A stretch of 64,000 nt of DNA from Candidatus Krumholzibacteriota bacterium (GTDB lineage: Bacteria; Krumholzibacteriota; Krumholzibacteriia; JACNKJ01), in assembly GCA_016933175.1 (NCBI GenBank), contig JAFGBK010000072.1:1296-65295 (forward strand), written 5' to 3'. Made by a program: the position numbers and the translations under genes. Under the pieces are notes generated by a model. The model was not told the origin of the DNA. It saw only the letters and a program-made list of their open reading frames with translations, and did not search any database. Positions 17,581 through 26,766 of this stretch are shown here, piece by piece (the stretch's first letter is position 1; every line of letters begins with the position of its first letter).

Positions 17581-18858
17581 TCAGACGCTGCGGATGGCCT
17601 GGACGGGGTCCATGCGGGCGGCCTCCCAGCCGGGGTACAGGGTGGCCAGCAGGCAGACGCCCAAGGTAAGCGATCCCACCCAGAGAAAGTCAACGGGATT
17701 CAGGACCACGGGGACCGTGTCCATGATGAACAGGTCCCAGGGGATGCGCAGGGGGTAGCGCTGGAGCCACAGCCCCAGCCCCAGGCCGCCCAGCGTGCCC
17801 GCGGCCACGCCGGACAGGCCCACCAGCCAGCCCTCGAGCACGATGACGCCCATCACCGCGCGCCGGCTCATGCCGAGGGTGCGCAGGATGCCGATCTCGG
17901 CCCGTTTTTCGCTGACCATGAGGGTCATGGCGCCGACGATGCCGAGGCTGGCGACGGCCACGGTGAGCAGCAGGAAGAGGTACATGAGGGCCTTCTCGCG
18001 GCCCATGGCCTCGAACAGGACGCGGTTGCGGTCCTGCCAGGTCTCGGCGCGCCAGCCGGCCAGCTCGGGCAGGGCCAGCAGCGCGCCGGCCACGCCGCCG
18101 GCGGCCTCGGGGTCGTCGCAGCGGACGGCGATGCCCTGGGCCTCGCCGTCCACCCGGAGGAAGGCGGCCGTGGGCGCGAGGGCGCCGAAGACGCGCGTGG
18201 CGTTGAACTCGTAGAGGCGTCCGTCCACGAGGCCCACGACGTGCCGCCAGGTCTCGCGTCCCCGGAGCGAATCGAGGCTGCCGGCCCGGGCCGTGGCGGC
18301 GTCGGGCACCACCAGGCGCACACGGTCGCCCAGCCCGGCGCCCAGGCTCTGGGCCAGCTCGATCCCGAGGATGAGCCCGGGCAGGGGCCCTTCATCACCC
18401 TCGAGGATCCAGCCCTCGGCGGGCGCGAAGCCACGGAAGCGGGGCTCGCACCAGCTCAGGATCTCCGTGACGCGGGCCTCCCGCTCCGGATCGAGGCCGG
18501 TGATGGTCGCCGTTTCCATGCGCCGGCGACCGTCGGCGCCGTGCCGCGCCAGGAGCAGCTCCGAGCGGACGAAGGGCGCCGCCGCCGCCACGCCCGGCTG
18601 GGCCTCGATCAGGTCGAGCAGGGGCGCCACGTGGGCGATGGCGCCGGCGCCGCCCGGGCGCAGCTCGACGTGGGCTTCGCCGTCCTGGATCAGGACCGCC
18701 AGCTCGCGCTCCATGCCGTTCATGACGGACAGGATGAGGGTCAGGGCGAGGACGCCCACGAAGATGCCCCCCGCCGCCACCAGGCCCGTCATGGTCAAGG
18801 CCCGGCTGCGACGGGGGTCGCTCAGGTGCCGCAGCGCCAGGAGTAGACTGAGGCGCAC
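17581..18858 (-). CDS. ABC transporter permease, FtsX/LolE family
   Basis: N-terminal LALRHLSDPRRSRALTMTGLVAAGGIFVGVLALTLILSVMNG, a large periplasmic loop, and the C-terminal four-TM FtsX domain (EIGILRTLGMSRRAVMGVIVLEG). Confidence 0.85.
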   Translation of the reverse strand: MRLSLLLALRHLSDPRRSRALTMTGLVAAGGIFVGVLALTLILSVMNGMERELAVLIQDGEAHVELRPGGAGAIAHVAPLLDLIEAQPGVAAAAPFVRSELLLARHGADGRRRMETATITGLDPEREARVTEILSWCEPRFRGFAPAEGWILEGDEGPLPGLILGIELAQSLGAGLGDRVRLVVPDAATARAGSLDSLRGRETWRHVVGLVDGRLYEFNATRVFGALAPTAAFLRVDGEAQGIAVRCDDPEAAGGVAGALLALPELAGWRAETWQDRNRVLFEAMGREKALMYLFLLLTVAVASLGIVGAMTLMVSEKRAEIGILRTLGMSRRAVMGVIVLEGWLVGLSGVAAGTLGGLGLGLWLQRYPLRIPWDLFIMDTVPVVLNPVDFLWVGSLTLGVCLLATLYPGWEAARMDPVQAIRSV

Positions 18859-18885
18859 CGGTGCATCCGCCTTTCCGCGGGGCGG

Positions 18886-20034
18886 CTACTGGCCCTCGCG
18901 CGCCTCCTTGATGCGGATCAGGTTCTCCTGGCGTTCGGCCTGTTTGCTGGCGTAGCTGCCCCAGACGGGGTCCTCGACGGCATCCTCGAAGAGCTCCAGG
19001 GCGCGTTCGTAGTCGCCCAGTTGCTCGTAGGCCTTGGCCTTCGTGCAGATGAGGCCGGCGCGCTCGGTGCCGGTGCCCGCCAGCTCCAGGCCCTCGTTGG
19101 AGATCTGCAGGGCCCGCTCGGGCTCGCCGAGGTTGTTGTAGAGCCTGGCCAGGTAGGCGTGGGGGAGGTTCTTCGTCGGCCGATCGCCCGAGTCCATCAG
19201 CTTGATGAGGTTGACGGCCTTGGACAGGTGCTGGACGGCCTCGTTCTCGAAGCCGTCCATCTCGTTGTAGCAGAGGCCCAGCATGAGATTGATGTTGTAG
19301 TCGTTCTCCTTGCCGGCCAGGGCCACGGTGAGGTGCTCAAGGGCCTTGTCGTACTCCTGCTTGTTGAAGTAGAGCTTGCCGAGATTGTAGCGGCCGTCGG
19401 TGCGCTCCGGATCGAGGGCGAAGGCGCTCTCCATGTGCTGGATGGCCAGTTCGTAGTTCTTGCGCATCAGGTAGAGGTTGCCCAGCGAGTAGTGGGTGCG
19501 GGCCATGAGGGCCGGATCGTCCTCGCCGCTGTTGATGACCTGGTTGAAGAGCTGGATGGCCTTGGCCTTCTGGCTGTCGTTGCCGCGAAGGTAGAGCGAG
19601 CCCAGGTTGGACTTGGAGTTGTTGTCATCCGGGTCGCAGCCGGGCTTGCCCGGCGATCCCACGATCTCCTCGTAGGCGGCCATGGCCCGGCCCGTCATCT
19701 TCATCCGCATGAGGACGTAGGCGAGGTTCTTGGTGACCCCGCAGTCCCCGGGGGACTGCTGGTGGGCGATGTCCAGGCCGCGCTTGGCGGCGACCCAGTC
19801 CTGGAGCTGCATGGCGGCCTGGCCCAGGCCACGGGCCGCCGCGACGTTGGCGGGGTCGAGGCGCAGGGCCTTCTCGAACTCGATCTTGGCCTGGGAGAAC
19901 ATGCTGTTGCGAAGGTACTCGTTTCCCTGGCCGATGTACTGATCGAGGTCCTGGGCGAGGGCGGCGGGGGCCAGGACGAGGCACAGCAGGGAGATCAGGG
20001 CAAGGACATCGCGTGCTTTGGTCAAGTGCTTCAT
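18886..20034 (-). CDS. TPR-repeat secreted protein
   Basis: ATG at 20034 lies 6 nt after GAGGA. Signal peptide, then multiple TPR-like repeats (AxxxYxxG...). Confidence 0.8.
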   Translation of the reverse strand: MKHLTKARDVLALISLLCLVLAPAALAQDLDQYIGQGNEYLRNSMFSQAKIEFEKALRLDPANVAAARGLGQAAMQLQDWVAAKRGLDIAHQQSPGDCGVTKNLAYVLMRMKMTGRAMAAYEEIVGSPGKPGCDPDDNNSKSNLGSLYLRGNDSQKAKAIQLFNQVINSGEDDPALMARTHYSLGNLYLMRKNYELAIQHMESAFALDPERTDGRYNLGKLYFNKQEYDKALEHLTVALAGKENDYNINLMLGLCYNEMDGFENEAVQHLSKAVNLIKLMDSGDRPTKNLPHAYLARLYNNLGEPERALQISNEGLELAGTGTERAGLICTKAKAYEQLGDYERALELFEDAVEDPVWGSYASKQAERQENLIRIKEAREGQ

Positions 20035-20128
20035 GGGCACTCCTCGGCGTCGGTGGTCGGTTCATGTCGAGCGCTAGCAATATACAGGAGGCCCTATTGG
20101 GGATCAAGGAGGCCCTGAACGGGGAATT

Positions 20129-20156
20129 TTGCCCGCACCGCGCCGGGCGCTATATT
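20129..20156 (+). promoter_or_regulatory. candidate sigma-70 promoter
   Basis: TTGCCC-16nt-TATATT ~35 nt upstream of the lipoprotein gene. Confidence 0.3.
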
Positions 20157-20189
20157 CCCGGCGATCCCCGGCGGGGAAAGGAAAACCGC

Positions 20190-22004
20190 ATGAATCGCAC
20201 CCAGAGGGCCTGCGCGCTCGCCCTCGCGCTGCCGGCCCTGCTTGCTCTGGCCGGCAGCTGCTCGGGTCCCACGGAGCCGGAAACCATTCCGCCCCGCATC
20301 CTCTATTTCTATCCCCACGCGGACACCCTCACCGTGCGGGAGGAGGCGCAGCAGCTGTTCATCCTCCAGGGGATCGGCGGCGCGAGCCTGGAATACGCGG
20401 TCCACGTCTCCGGCCAGGCCGAGGCCGGGAACGACAGCTTCCTCTTCCGCCCGGCGGATCTGGGCCTGAGCTGGCCCACCATCAGCCAGGACTCCGTCGT
20501 CACGGTGAGGATGGCCCTGCGCGACGGGCCGCTGGAGCGCTTCCGCGACTGGCGGGTCAACGTGCGCGTGACGCCGGGCCTGGAGATCGTCGCCATTCCC
20601 GACACGCCCGAGCTGAGCACGACGGCCGGTGAGCCCGTGCTGCTGGGGCTCGACATCCGCAACGGCAATCCCGACGGTCCCGTCGAGTTCTCCTTCTCGC
20701 GGGACGGGAGCCTCGTTTCCAACGAAGCGCAGTACCTCTTTCCGGCGGACCGGCTGGGCCCCAACGTCGTCAAGGGGATCGTGCGCTGGACCGTCGCGGG
20801 CCTGCCCTACTCGGACAGCTACACGTGGATCATCGACGTGCTTCCCTGCGAGGACGACCTGGAGCCGCCGCCGACCATCGACGACCTGCGCATCGGCCCC
20901 GGCCCCGCCCTGGGCACGCTGGCGGTCGCCTTCACGCCGCCGGCGGATCCCAACGGCGAACTCAAGCGCTACGAGCTGCGTGTCTTCTACTCCCCACTGG
21001 CCGCCGACCAGTGGGGAACCACCTACCTCGTGGGCACGCCCGACGCGGACCCCGACGCCAGCGAGGAGCGCTTCGCCCTCACGGGCCTCGACGCCGGACG
21101 CACGATCTACATGCGCGTGCGCAGCTTCGACCTGTGCTGCAACGCCTCGGCGTGGAGCAACCTGGGCAGCGGCATGGTGACCGGCCACACGGTGGCCGGC
21201 GTCGTCCTGGATTTCGAGACGAACGAGCCGCGGGCCGGCCTGTCCGTCCGCTACGGGAGCGTCGAGGACGTCACGGGGCCCGACGGGCGCTTCCATTGCG
21301 CCAATGTCCGGCCCTTGGCCGCCAACGAATCCTTCCCGCCCGGCTACGTCTGGGATCCCGCCGATCCGGAGGGCTGGTTCCTGCTGCGAGACTATCGCGC
21401 GGTGGACGATTCCCTGGAGAAGCGCCTGGGCTCCTTCCATGGCGAGCCCTTCGAGGCGGTCAACTACGAGGACATCCTCGAGTTCTTCCTGCGCCTGGTG
21501 AACGCCGCCTACTGGGATGAGCACCTCGTGCGCCCGATCTTCCCCATCAGGATCTGGGTGACGGACTACGTCCACGAGGGGCTGGACTACGCCGCCACGA
21601 CGCGCGACGCCATGGCCAGCTGGGAGGCGGCCACCGGACTGAACCTCTTCGAGGAAGCTCCCGACTCGGCCCAGGCCAGCCTCTACTTCCGCATCTGGCC
21701 CGACGACACGCAGATCTCCGGCGAGTACGAGGTGATCCTGCGCGATCCGGCCACGGCGACGCCGCTGCTGATGGCCATCGACCTGGACGGCTCGGGCGAT
21801 GCCGCGGCCTACCCGGGCGTGCGCCGCGTCATCCTGCACGAGCTGGGCCACGCCCTCGGCATCTGGAAGCACAGCGACGAGACCGACCATGTCATGAACT
21901 ACACCGCCACGGTGGACGAGCCCTCCCCGGCGGAGATCCGGATCGTCCGCATCCTCTATCACATGGATCGCTGGGAGGATCTGCGCCTCTTCCGCAGGCG
22001 CTGA
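20190..22004 (+). CDS. lipoprotein with Ig/FN3-like region and C-terminal metzincin-like zinc-protease motif
   Basis: Lipobox LALAGSC. HELGHALGIWKH (HExxHxxGxxxH) followed by HVMNY (Met-turn-like). GGGGAAAGGAAAA RBS. Confidence 0.75.
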   Translation: MNRTQRACALALALPALLALAGSCSGPTEPETIPPRILYFYPHADTLTVREEAQQLFILQGIGGASLEYAVHVSGQAEAGNDSFLFRPADLGLSWPTISQDSVVTVRMALRDGPLERFRDWRVNVRVTPGLEIVAIPDTPELSTTAGEPVLLGLDIRNGNPDGPVEFSFSRDGSLVSNEAQYLFPADRLGPNVVKGIVRWTVAGLPYSDSYTWIIDVLPCEDDLEPPPTIDDLRIGPGPALGTLAVAFTPPADPNGELKRYELRVFYSPLAADQWGTTYLVGTPDADPDASEERFALTGLDAGRTIYMRVRSFDLCCNASAWSNLGSGMVTGHTVAGVVLDFETNEPRAGLSVRYGSVEDVTGPDGRFHCANVRPLAANESFPPGYVWDPADPEGWFLLRDYRAVDDSLEKRLGSFHGEPFEAVNYEDILEFFLRLVNAAYWDEHLVRPIFPIRIWVTDYVHEGLDYAATTRDAMASWEAATGLNLFEEAPDSAQASLYFRIWPDDTQISGEYEVILRDPATATPLLMAIDLDGSGDAAAYPGVRRVILHELGHALGIWKHSDETDHVMNYTATVDEPSPAEIRIVRILYHMDRWEDLRLFRRR

Positions 22005-22012
22005 CCGGTTGC

Positions 22013-23869
22013 CTAGCGGACGAGGACCAGCCGGCGCGCCGGCGCGGGCCGGCCGTCCAGGCTGAGCCGCGCCAGGTAGACGCCGCTGGGCAGGGAGCGC
22101 CCCGCGTCGTCGCGGCCGTCCCAGGTGAAGAAGCCCGGCCCCGCGGGCAGGTCGCCCGCGAAGAGGCGGCGTACGGCGCGGCCGCGGGCGTCGAGCACGA
22201 CCAGCTCGGCCCGCCCGGCGCGGACCAGCTCGTAGCGCAGGCGCGTGCGGGGATTGAAGGGATTGGGATGGGGCGCCAGCAGGCGGGCGGCGCCCGGCGC
22301 GGGAGCGGAGCCGGCGCCCGTGAGGACGAATCCCGCGGCCTCGAGGATGTCGTCCAGCAGGGGGGGCGGGTCCAGGGGCGTATCCGGCGGGAAGGGATCC
22401 TGGCCGGAGCGGTCGTACTCCTCGATGTGGTCGACGCTGATGCAGTCCCACTCGCGCCAGCCGAGATCGGCCACCACCAGGTAGACGGCCTCGCCGAGCA
22501 GGTTGCTCGTGTCCCACAGGCGCGGGATCATGGAGTGGCTGTTGATGCCCGTGTCCTTGAACAGGACCGCGCCGTCGCTGTCCCGGACGAGCCCGACGAA
22601 GCAGGTCTCGGGCCGGTAGCCGCCGCCCACCAGCAGGCGGAAGCGGTCGCCCGTGACCGTGAAGCCCTCGCTGCGCATCAGCCCCGTCAGCATGGGGCCC
22701 TGGGCGTCGCCGGGCTCGCCGTCGAGGGGGTGGCTGAAGTCCTCGTAGGTGGCCAGGTAGCTGTTGCCCTTCATGTGGCTGGGCGGATCGCCGCGCTCGC
22801 GGGGGTTGTCGCCCCAGGTGGGCTGATTGTCGAAGGCGTTGCCGAAGATGATGGTCCAGCGCTCGTCCAGGCCGCCCAGGCTGATGATCTCGGGCACCAG
22901 GTCGGGAGTGCTCAGATCGATCCGGTCGAAGCGGAAGTAGTAAAGAGGGCCCTGCGAGGTGTTGATGGCGTTGTGGCGGCTGAAGAGGTCCTCGTCGTCG
23001 AGGCGCGAGATCTCGGGGGCGTTGCCCGCGTCGATGATGGTGACGCCCGCCATGTCCCAGCCGCCATAGAGCAGGGGGCTGGTGATGTGGCTGGTGCCCT
23101 GGACACCCTGCTCCGTGAAGAACAGGTGGTAGCTGCCGTCCTCGAAGGCCAGCTGGCAGCTCTCCAGGACGTCCTCCGTGTCGTTGACCACGAGGGGCCC
23201 CAGATCGCTCCAGTGCAGCAGATCCGGGCTGCGCGCGTTGCTGATGGCGCCGAAACCCCCGGCGGTGGAGGCGGTGTTGAAGAGGTACCAGTATCCGTCG
23301 CTGGCCTGATGGAAGAGCTCCGGATCGCGGCAGTTCGCCCACGAGGCCTCGCTCCAGGCCGCCCAGCTTCCCGGGTGGTAGAGGGGATTCTGGGGCATGC
23401 GGTACCAGGTGCTGAGGTCGATGCTGTAGGCGGCGCCGGTCTGCTGGCAGACGAACTCATCACTCCCCGTGTAGAAGAGGAACCAGCCGGGACCGTGCGG
23501 GTCGGGCACGATCTTGGGCGCCCAGATGAACGTGTCTTCCCAGGTGCCGGGCACCTCGGAGACGGGCAGGATGCTGTCCTGCCGCGTCCAGTGCTTCAGA
23601 TCCGGGCTCGTCAGGTGCCCCAGCCATTTCTCGCTGCGCAGGTACTCGCCGGGCTCGGGCGGAAAGCTGTGGATGTAGAAGACGTGGTAGAGGCCGTCCA
23701 CCTTGACCACCGCGTGGTCCTTGCACTGGACGTCCGGCTCCTCAACGAAGTAGGGCTGCTCGAAGTCGTAGAGGACATGGGCGCGCGCGCTCTCGCCCGC
23801 GACGGCGAGGGCCGCCAGGAGGAGCAGTGCCAGGATGCCGGTGCTCTGCCGTCTCGGTCGTTGGTGCAT
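22013..23869 (-). CDS. GH32/clan GH-J-like five-bladed beta-propeller glycoside hydrolase with T9SS-type C-terminal sorting domain (paralog A)
   Basis: CRDPELF (RDP motif) and ESCQLAFEDGSYHLFFTE (EC acid/base motif). C-terminal APHPNPFNPRTRLRYEL...GVYLARLSLDGR...RRLVLVR. Signal peptide. Confidence 0.8.
   Translation of the reverse strand: MHQRPRRQSTGILALLLLAALAVAGESARAHVLYDFEQPYFVEEPDVQCKDHAVVKVDGLYHVFYIHSFPPEPGEYLRSEKWLGHLTSPDLKHWTRQDSILPVSEVPGTWEDTFIWAPKIVPDPHGPGWFLFYTGSDEFVCQQTGAAYSIDLSTWYRMPQNPLYHPGSWAAWSEASWANCRDPELFHQASDGYWYLFNTASTAGGFGAISNARSPDLLHWSDLGPLVVNDTEDVLESCQLAFEDGSYHLFFTEQGVQGTSHITSPLLYGGWDMAGVTIIDAGNAPEISRLDDEDLFSRHNAINTSQGPLYYFRFDRIDLSTPDLVPEIISLGGLDERWTIIFGNAFDNQPTWGDNPRERGDPPSHMKGNSYLATYEDFSHPLDGEPGDAQGPMLTGLMRSEGFTVTGDRFRLLVGGGYRPETCFVGLVRDSDGAVLFKDTGINSHSMIPRLWDTSNLLGEAVYLVVADLGWREWDCISVDHIEEYDRSGQDPFPPDTPLDPPPLLDDILEAAGFVLTGAGSAPAPGAARLLAPHPNPFNPRTRLRYELVRAGRAELVVLDARGRAVRRLFAGDLPAGPGFFTWDGRDDAGRSLPSGVYLARLSLDGRPAPARRLVLVR
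22233..22286 (-). repeat. ~94% identical inverted copy of 30496-30549 (sorting-domain coding segment of paralog pair)
   Basis: Reverse complement ctgctggcgccccatcccaatcccttcaatccccgcacgcgcctgcgctacg differs from the 30496-30549 segment at 3 of 54 nt. Confidence 0.5.
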
Positions 23870-24059
23870 ACGCGATAATCCAGAAAGCCCGGCGGCGTGA
23901 GGCCGCCTCGGGCCGGCTCCCATTATATCAGAGCCGCCGCCCGCAGAGCCAGTTCCGGTGCGATCGAGGCCGCATTGGACGTCGTCCGTGCCGCGTGCCG
24001 GCATGCCTCATGATGTCTCGCGGCGCCACTTTCGCTTTCGTGACAGGCGGCGGCGGCCT

Positions 24060-25169
24060 ATGCTTTCCCGCAATGGCGCGCCGCGGGCCGCGGCGCCGGA
24101 GGTTCCGGTGAGATCCCTCAGCGTGGGACGCATTCTGGGCATCGAGGTGAGGCTGCACGTCACCTTTCCCCTCTTCATCCTCCTGCTGGGGGTGCTTGAG
24201 GCGTCCAGCGCCGGCTGGCAGGCGGGACTGCGCTGGATGGCCATCCTGGCGACCCTCTTCGGCTTCGTGTTCCTGCACGAGCTGGGGCACAGTCTCATGG
24301 CGCGGCGCTTCGGCTTCACCGTGCGGGCCATCACGCTGTTGCCCATCGGCGGGCTCGCCACCATGGACGCTCTGCCGCGCCGGCCGTCCCAGGAGATCCT
24401 CATCGCCCTGGCCGGACCGGCGGTGAACCTCGTCCTCGCGGCGCTCCTCGTCCTCGCCCTGCTGGCCCTGCGCCTGCCCCTGGTCCTCGACGTCGAGGGA
24501 ACGGGCGGCGTGCTGAGCTACCTGTTCCTGGCCAACCTCGTCCTCGCCCTGTTCAATCTCGTGCCGGCCTTTCCCCTGGACGGCGGCCGCGTGCTGCGGG
24601 CCCTGCTGGCCCTGCGCCTGCCCTACCTCTCGGCCACGCGGCGCGCCGTCCTGGTGGGACAGGCCTTCGCGGTCGCCTTCCTGATCCTCGGCATCTGGCG
24701 CCGGGAGCTGTGGATGCTGGCGGCCATCGCGCTGTTCCTGTTCTGGTCGGGCCGGCGCGAAGAGCGCGGCGTGACCGTCCTTGAGGCCTTCCGCGAGCGG
24801 CGCGTGGGCGACTTCCTCGACCCGCGCCCCTGGTTCCGCGCCGACCGCGATACACGCTTCGTCGAGCTGAAGATGGCCCTGCTCCAGGAGCCGAACCTGG
24901 CGGGCTGCGTCGTCGATCTGGAGGGGCTGCGCTACGGCCTGCTGACCCGCCGGGATTTGAACACGGCCCTGCTCGCCATGCCGCCGGACCTCCAGGTCCA
25001 CCGTCTCGTGGAGTCGCCCGTGGCGGCCCTGCCGGCCGATCTGCCCATCGGCGCGGCCCTGGGGCCGTTGCGGGGGGCGCCGCGGGGTCTGCTGCCCGTG
25101 CGGCGGGGCCGTGAGCTGGTGGGGGTGCTGAGCGTGGAATCCCTGCCCTTCCGCATCGCGGAGCCCTAG
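24060..25169 (+). CDS. site-2 protease family (M50) zinc metalloprotease with C-terminal CBS-like region
   Basis: HELGHSLMARRFG (HExxH) and NLVPAFPLDGGRVL (LDG motif), with multiple TM helices. Confidence 0.85.
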   Translation: MLSRNGAPRAAAPEVPVRSLSVGRILGIEVRLHVTFPLFILLLGVLEASSAGWQAGLRWMAILATLFGFVFLHELGHSLMARRFGFTVRAITLLPIGGLATMDALPRRPSQEILIALAGPAVNLVLAALLVLALLALRLPLVLDVEGTGGVLSYLFLANLVLALFNLVPAFPLDGGRVLRALLALRLPYLSATRRAVLVGQAFAVAFLILGIWRRELWMLAAIALFLFWSGRREERGVTVLEAFRERRVGDFLDPRPWFRADRDTRFVELKMALLQEPNLAGCVVDLEGLRYGLLTRRDLNTALLAMPPDLQVHRLVESPVAALPADLPIGAALGPLRGAPRGLLPVRRGRELVGVLSVESLPFRIAEP

Positions 25170-26146
25170 TCCTCGGGATTCCCCGCCGGCACGGCCAGGT
25201 GGAGGACCAGGGCCAGCAGGGCGCGGGTGCCGTCGGCCAGGAACTGGGGATCGACGTTGCCGGTCGTATCCGCCGCCGAGTTGGCGGCCGGGCAGGTATC
25301 GTCCGGGCCCTCCTGTAACTCCAAGGCCGGCAGATCGCTATACCAGAACATCAGATGGTCGCTGTTGGGCGAGTTCGTGATGTCTCGCATGTGCGTGTCC
25401 ACGGCGAGCACGGGCTCTGGCGATGGTCCGCCGGGAATCGGGTCGGGCGGCGTCAGCGCCTCGCGGATGGAGGGCAGGGCGGATTCGGCCATGTCCCGAC
25501 TCATGGCGTTGCAGACGATGCCGGCGTCGCGCACCGCATCGGCCTCGTAGCCGAGCATGTCGACGCAGACGAAGCAGACGAGGGAGTCGGCGCCCGGCGC
25601 CTCGAGGACGCGGTCGCGCAGGTGGTAAGCACCCTGATGGCCGATCTCCTCGGCGGCGAGGAAGACCACGCGCACGGTGTGCTCGGTGGGCCGGTGCTTG
25701 AGCAGCCGGGCCAGCTCGATGAGGGCGGCGACGCCGCTGGCGTTGTCGTCGGCGCCCGGCGCCCGTGAGGTGGAGTCGTAGAAGCTCTCGGGGTAGGCGA
25801 CGGCGTCCCAGTGGGCGCCCACGATCACCTCGCTTCCCGGCCGGCCGCGGCCCGGGAAGCGGACCTCGAGGTTGGCCGTGTCGATCCAGCGCGTGCGGAA
25901 GAATCGGAAGCTGTCGCGCTGGGCCGGCGTACCCTGGGCCGCCAGGCAGGCGGCGATCCAGTCCACGGCGGCCGAGCGGCCCGCGTCGTCGTGCATGAAG
26001 CGCGTGGGGATGGCGGCGAGAGAGTCGACGATACCGCCCAGGCGCGCGGCCATCCGGCTCGAGGGCCCGCCGGGGCCCTCGGCATCGGGCGCCAGCAGGC
26101 AGCCCGCGAGGAGGGGGAGAAGCAGGATCGACAGACGGCGGCGCAT
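25166..26146 (-). CDS. M28 family aminopeptidase lipoprotein
   Basis: Lipobox LLAGCLL. GAHWDAV, DDNASGVAALIELAR, EEIGHQG. Confidence 0.8.
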   Translation of the reverse strand: MRRRLSILLLPLLAGCLLAPDAEGPGGPSSRMAARLGGIVDSLAAIPTRFMHDDAGRSAAVDWIAACLAAQGTPAQRDSFRFFRTRWIDTANLEVRFPGRGRPGSEVIVGAHWDAVAYPESFYDSTSRAPGADDNASGVAALIELARLLKHRPTEHTVRVVFLAAEEIGHQGAYHLRDRVLEAPGADSLVCFVCVDMLGYEADAVRDAGIVCNAMSRDMAESALPSIREALTPPDPIPGGPSPEPVLAVDTHMRDITNSPNSDHLMFWYSDLPALELQEGPDDTCPAANSAADTTGNVDPQFLADGTRALLALVLHLAVPAGNPED

Positions 26147-26268
26147 GCCGGGATCATAGGACGCGGGGCCCATCCCGGGCAAGCCGCGTTGACCTAGCAT
26201 TCGCTTGCGCCGCCGGGAACGCCCCTCTACACTCGATCGGCGAGAGGGGCCCACTCGAGGAGGAAGCC

Positions 26269-26757
26269 ATGAACTGCCCGCGCTGCACCAATGACATTCC
26301 CGAGGGCGCTCGCTACTGCCCGTCCTGCGGACTCGATCTCGACCTCGTGCGCGGCGAGCCCGTGGCCGAGGACCTGGCCGCCGAGGCGGCGGACGCCGCC
26401 GGCGCGCCCGCGGCCGCCGCGCTTCCTCCGCCCGCGGAAGAGGTCGCCGGCTACGCGGAGGACGCCGAGTCCTACTGGCCGCGACAGCTCCACCTGCAGG
26501 CGGTGGCGAGCCCGAAGCGTCCCTTCCTCGCCGCCACGCTGGGATTCCTCTTCGGCCCCTTCACCTATCTCTACCTCGAGCAGTCGGCCTGGTTCTGGTG
26601 GGGCCTGCTGGGCGGGCTGTTGCTGGTCGTCATCAGCCGCGTCGAGCTGCTGCCCCTGCTGGTCGTGGGATTTACCTTGCACGCCTATGATGTTGCGGGC
26701 ATGCTGAACCGGCATCTTGAGGACCGGTATCACCGCGAGGAAGAGACCGCTGTTTAG
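26269..26757 (+). CDS. zinc-ribbon domain membrane protein
   Basis: AGGAGGAAG RBS. N-terminal CPRC...CPSC zinc ribbon, acidic linker, and two C-terminal TM helices. Confidence 0.65.
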   Translation: MNCPRCTNDIPEGARYCPSCGLDLDLVRGEPVAEDLAAEAADAAGAPAAAALPPPAEEVAGYAEDAESYWPRQLHLQAVASPKRPFLAATLGFLFGPFTYLYLEQSAWFWWGLLGGLLLVVISRVELLPLLVVGFTLHAYDVAGMLNRHLEDRYHREEETAV

Positions 26758-26766
26758 AAGGGGATC

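Noticed and set aside
25166-25169. 4-nt overlap of the convergent M50 protease and M28 peptidase stop codons as a possible annotation error.
   Set aside because: Both products are full-length relative to their families up to the respective stops. Short convergent overlaps are common in compact GC-rich genomes.
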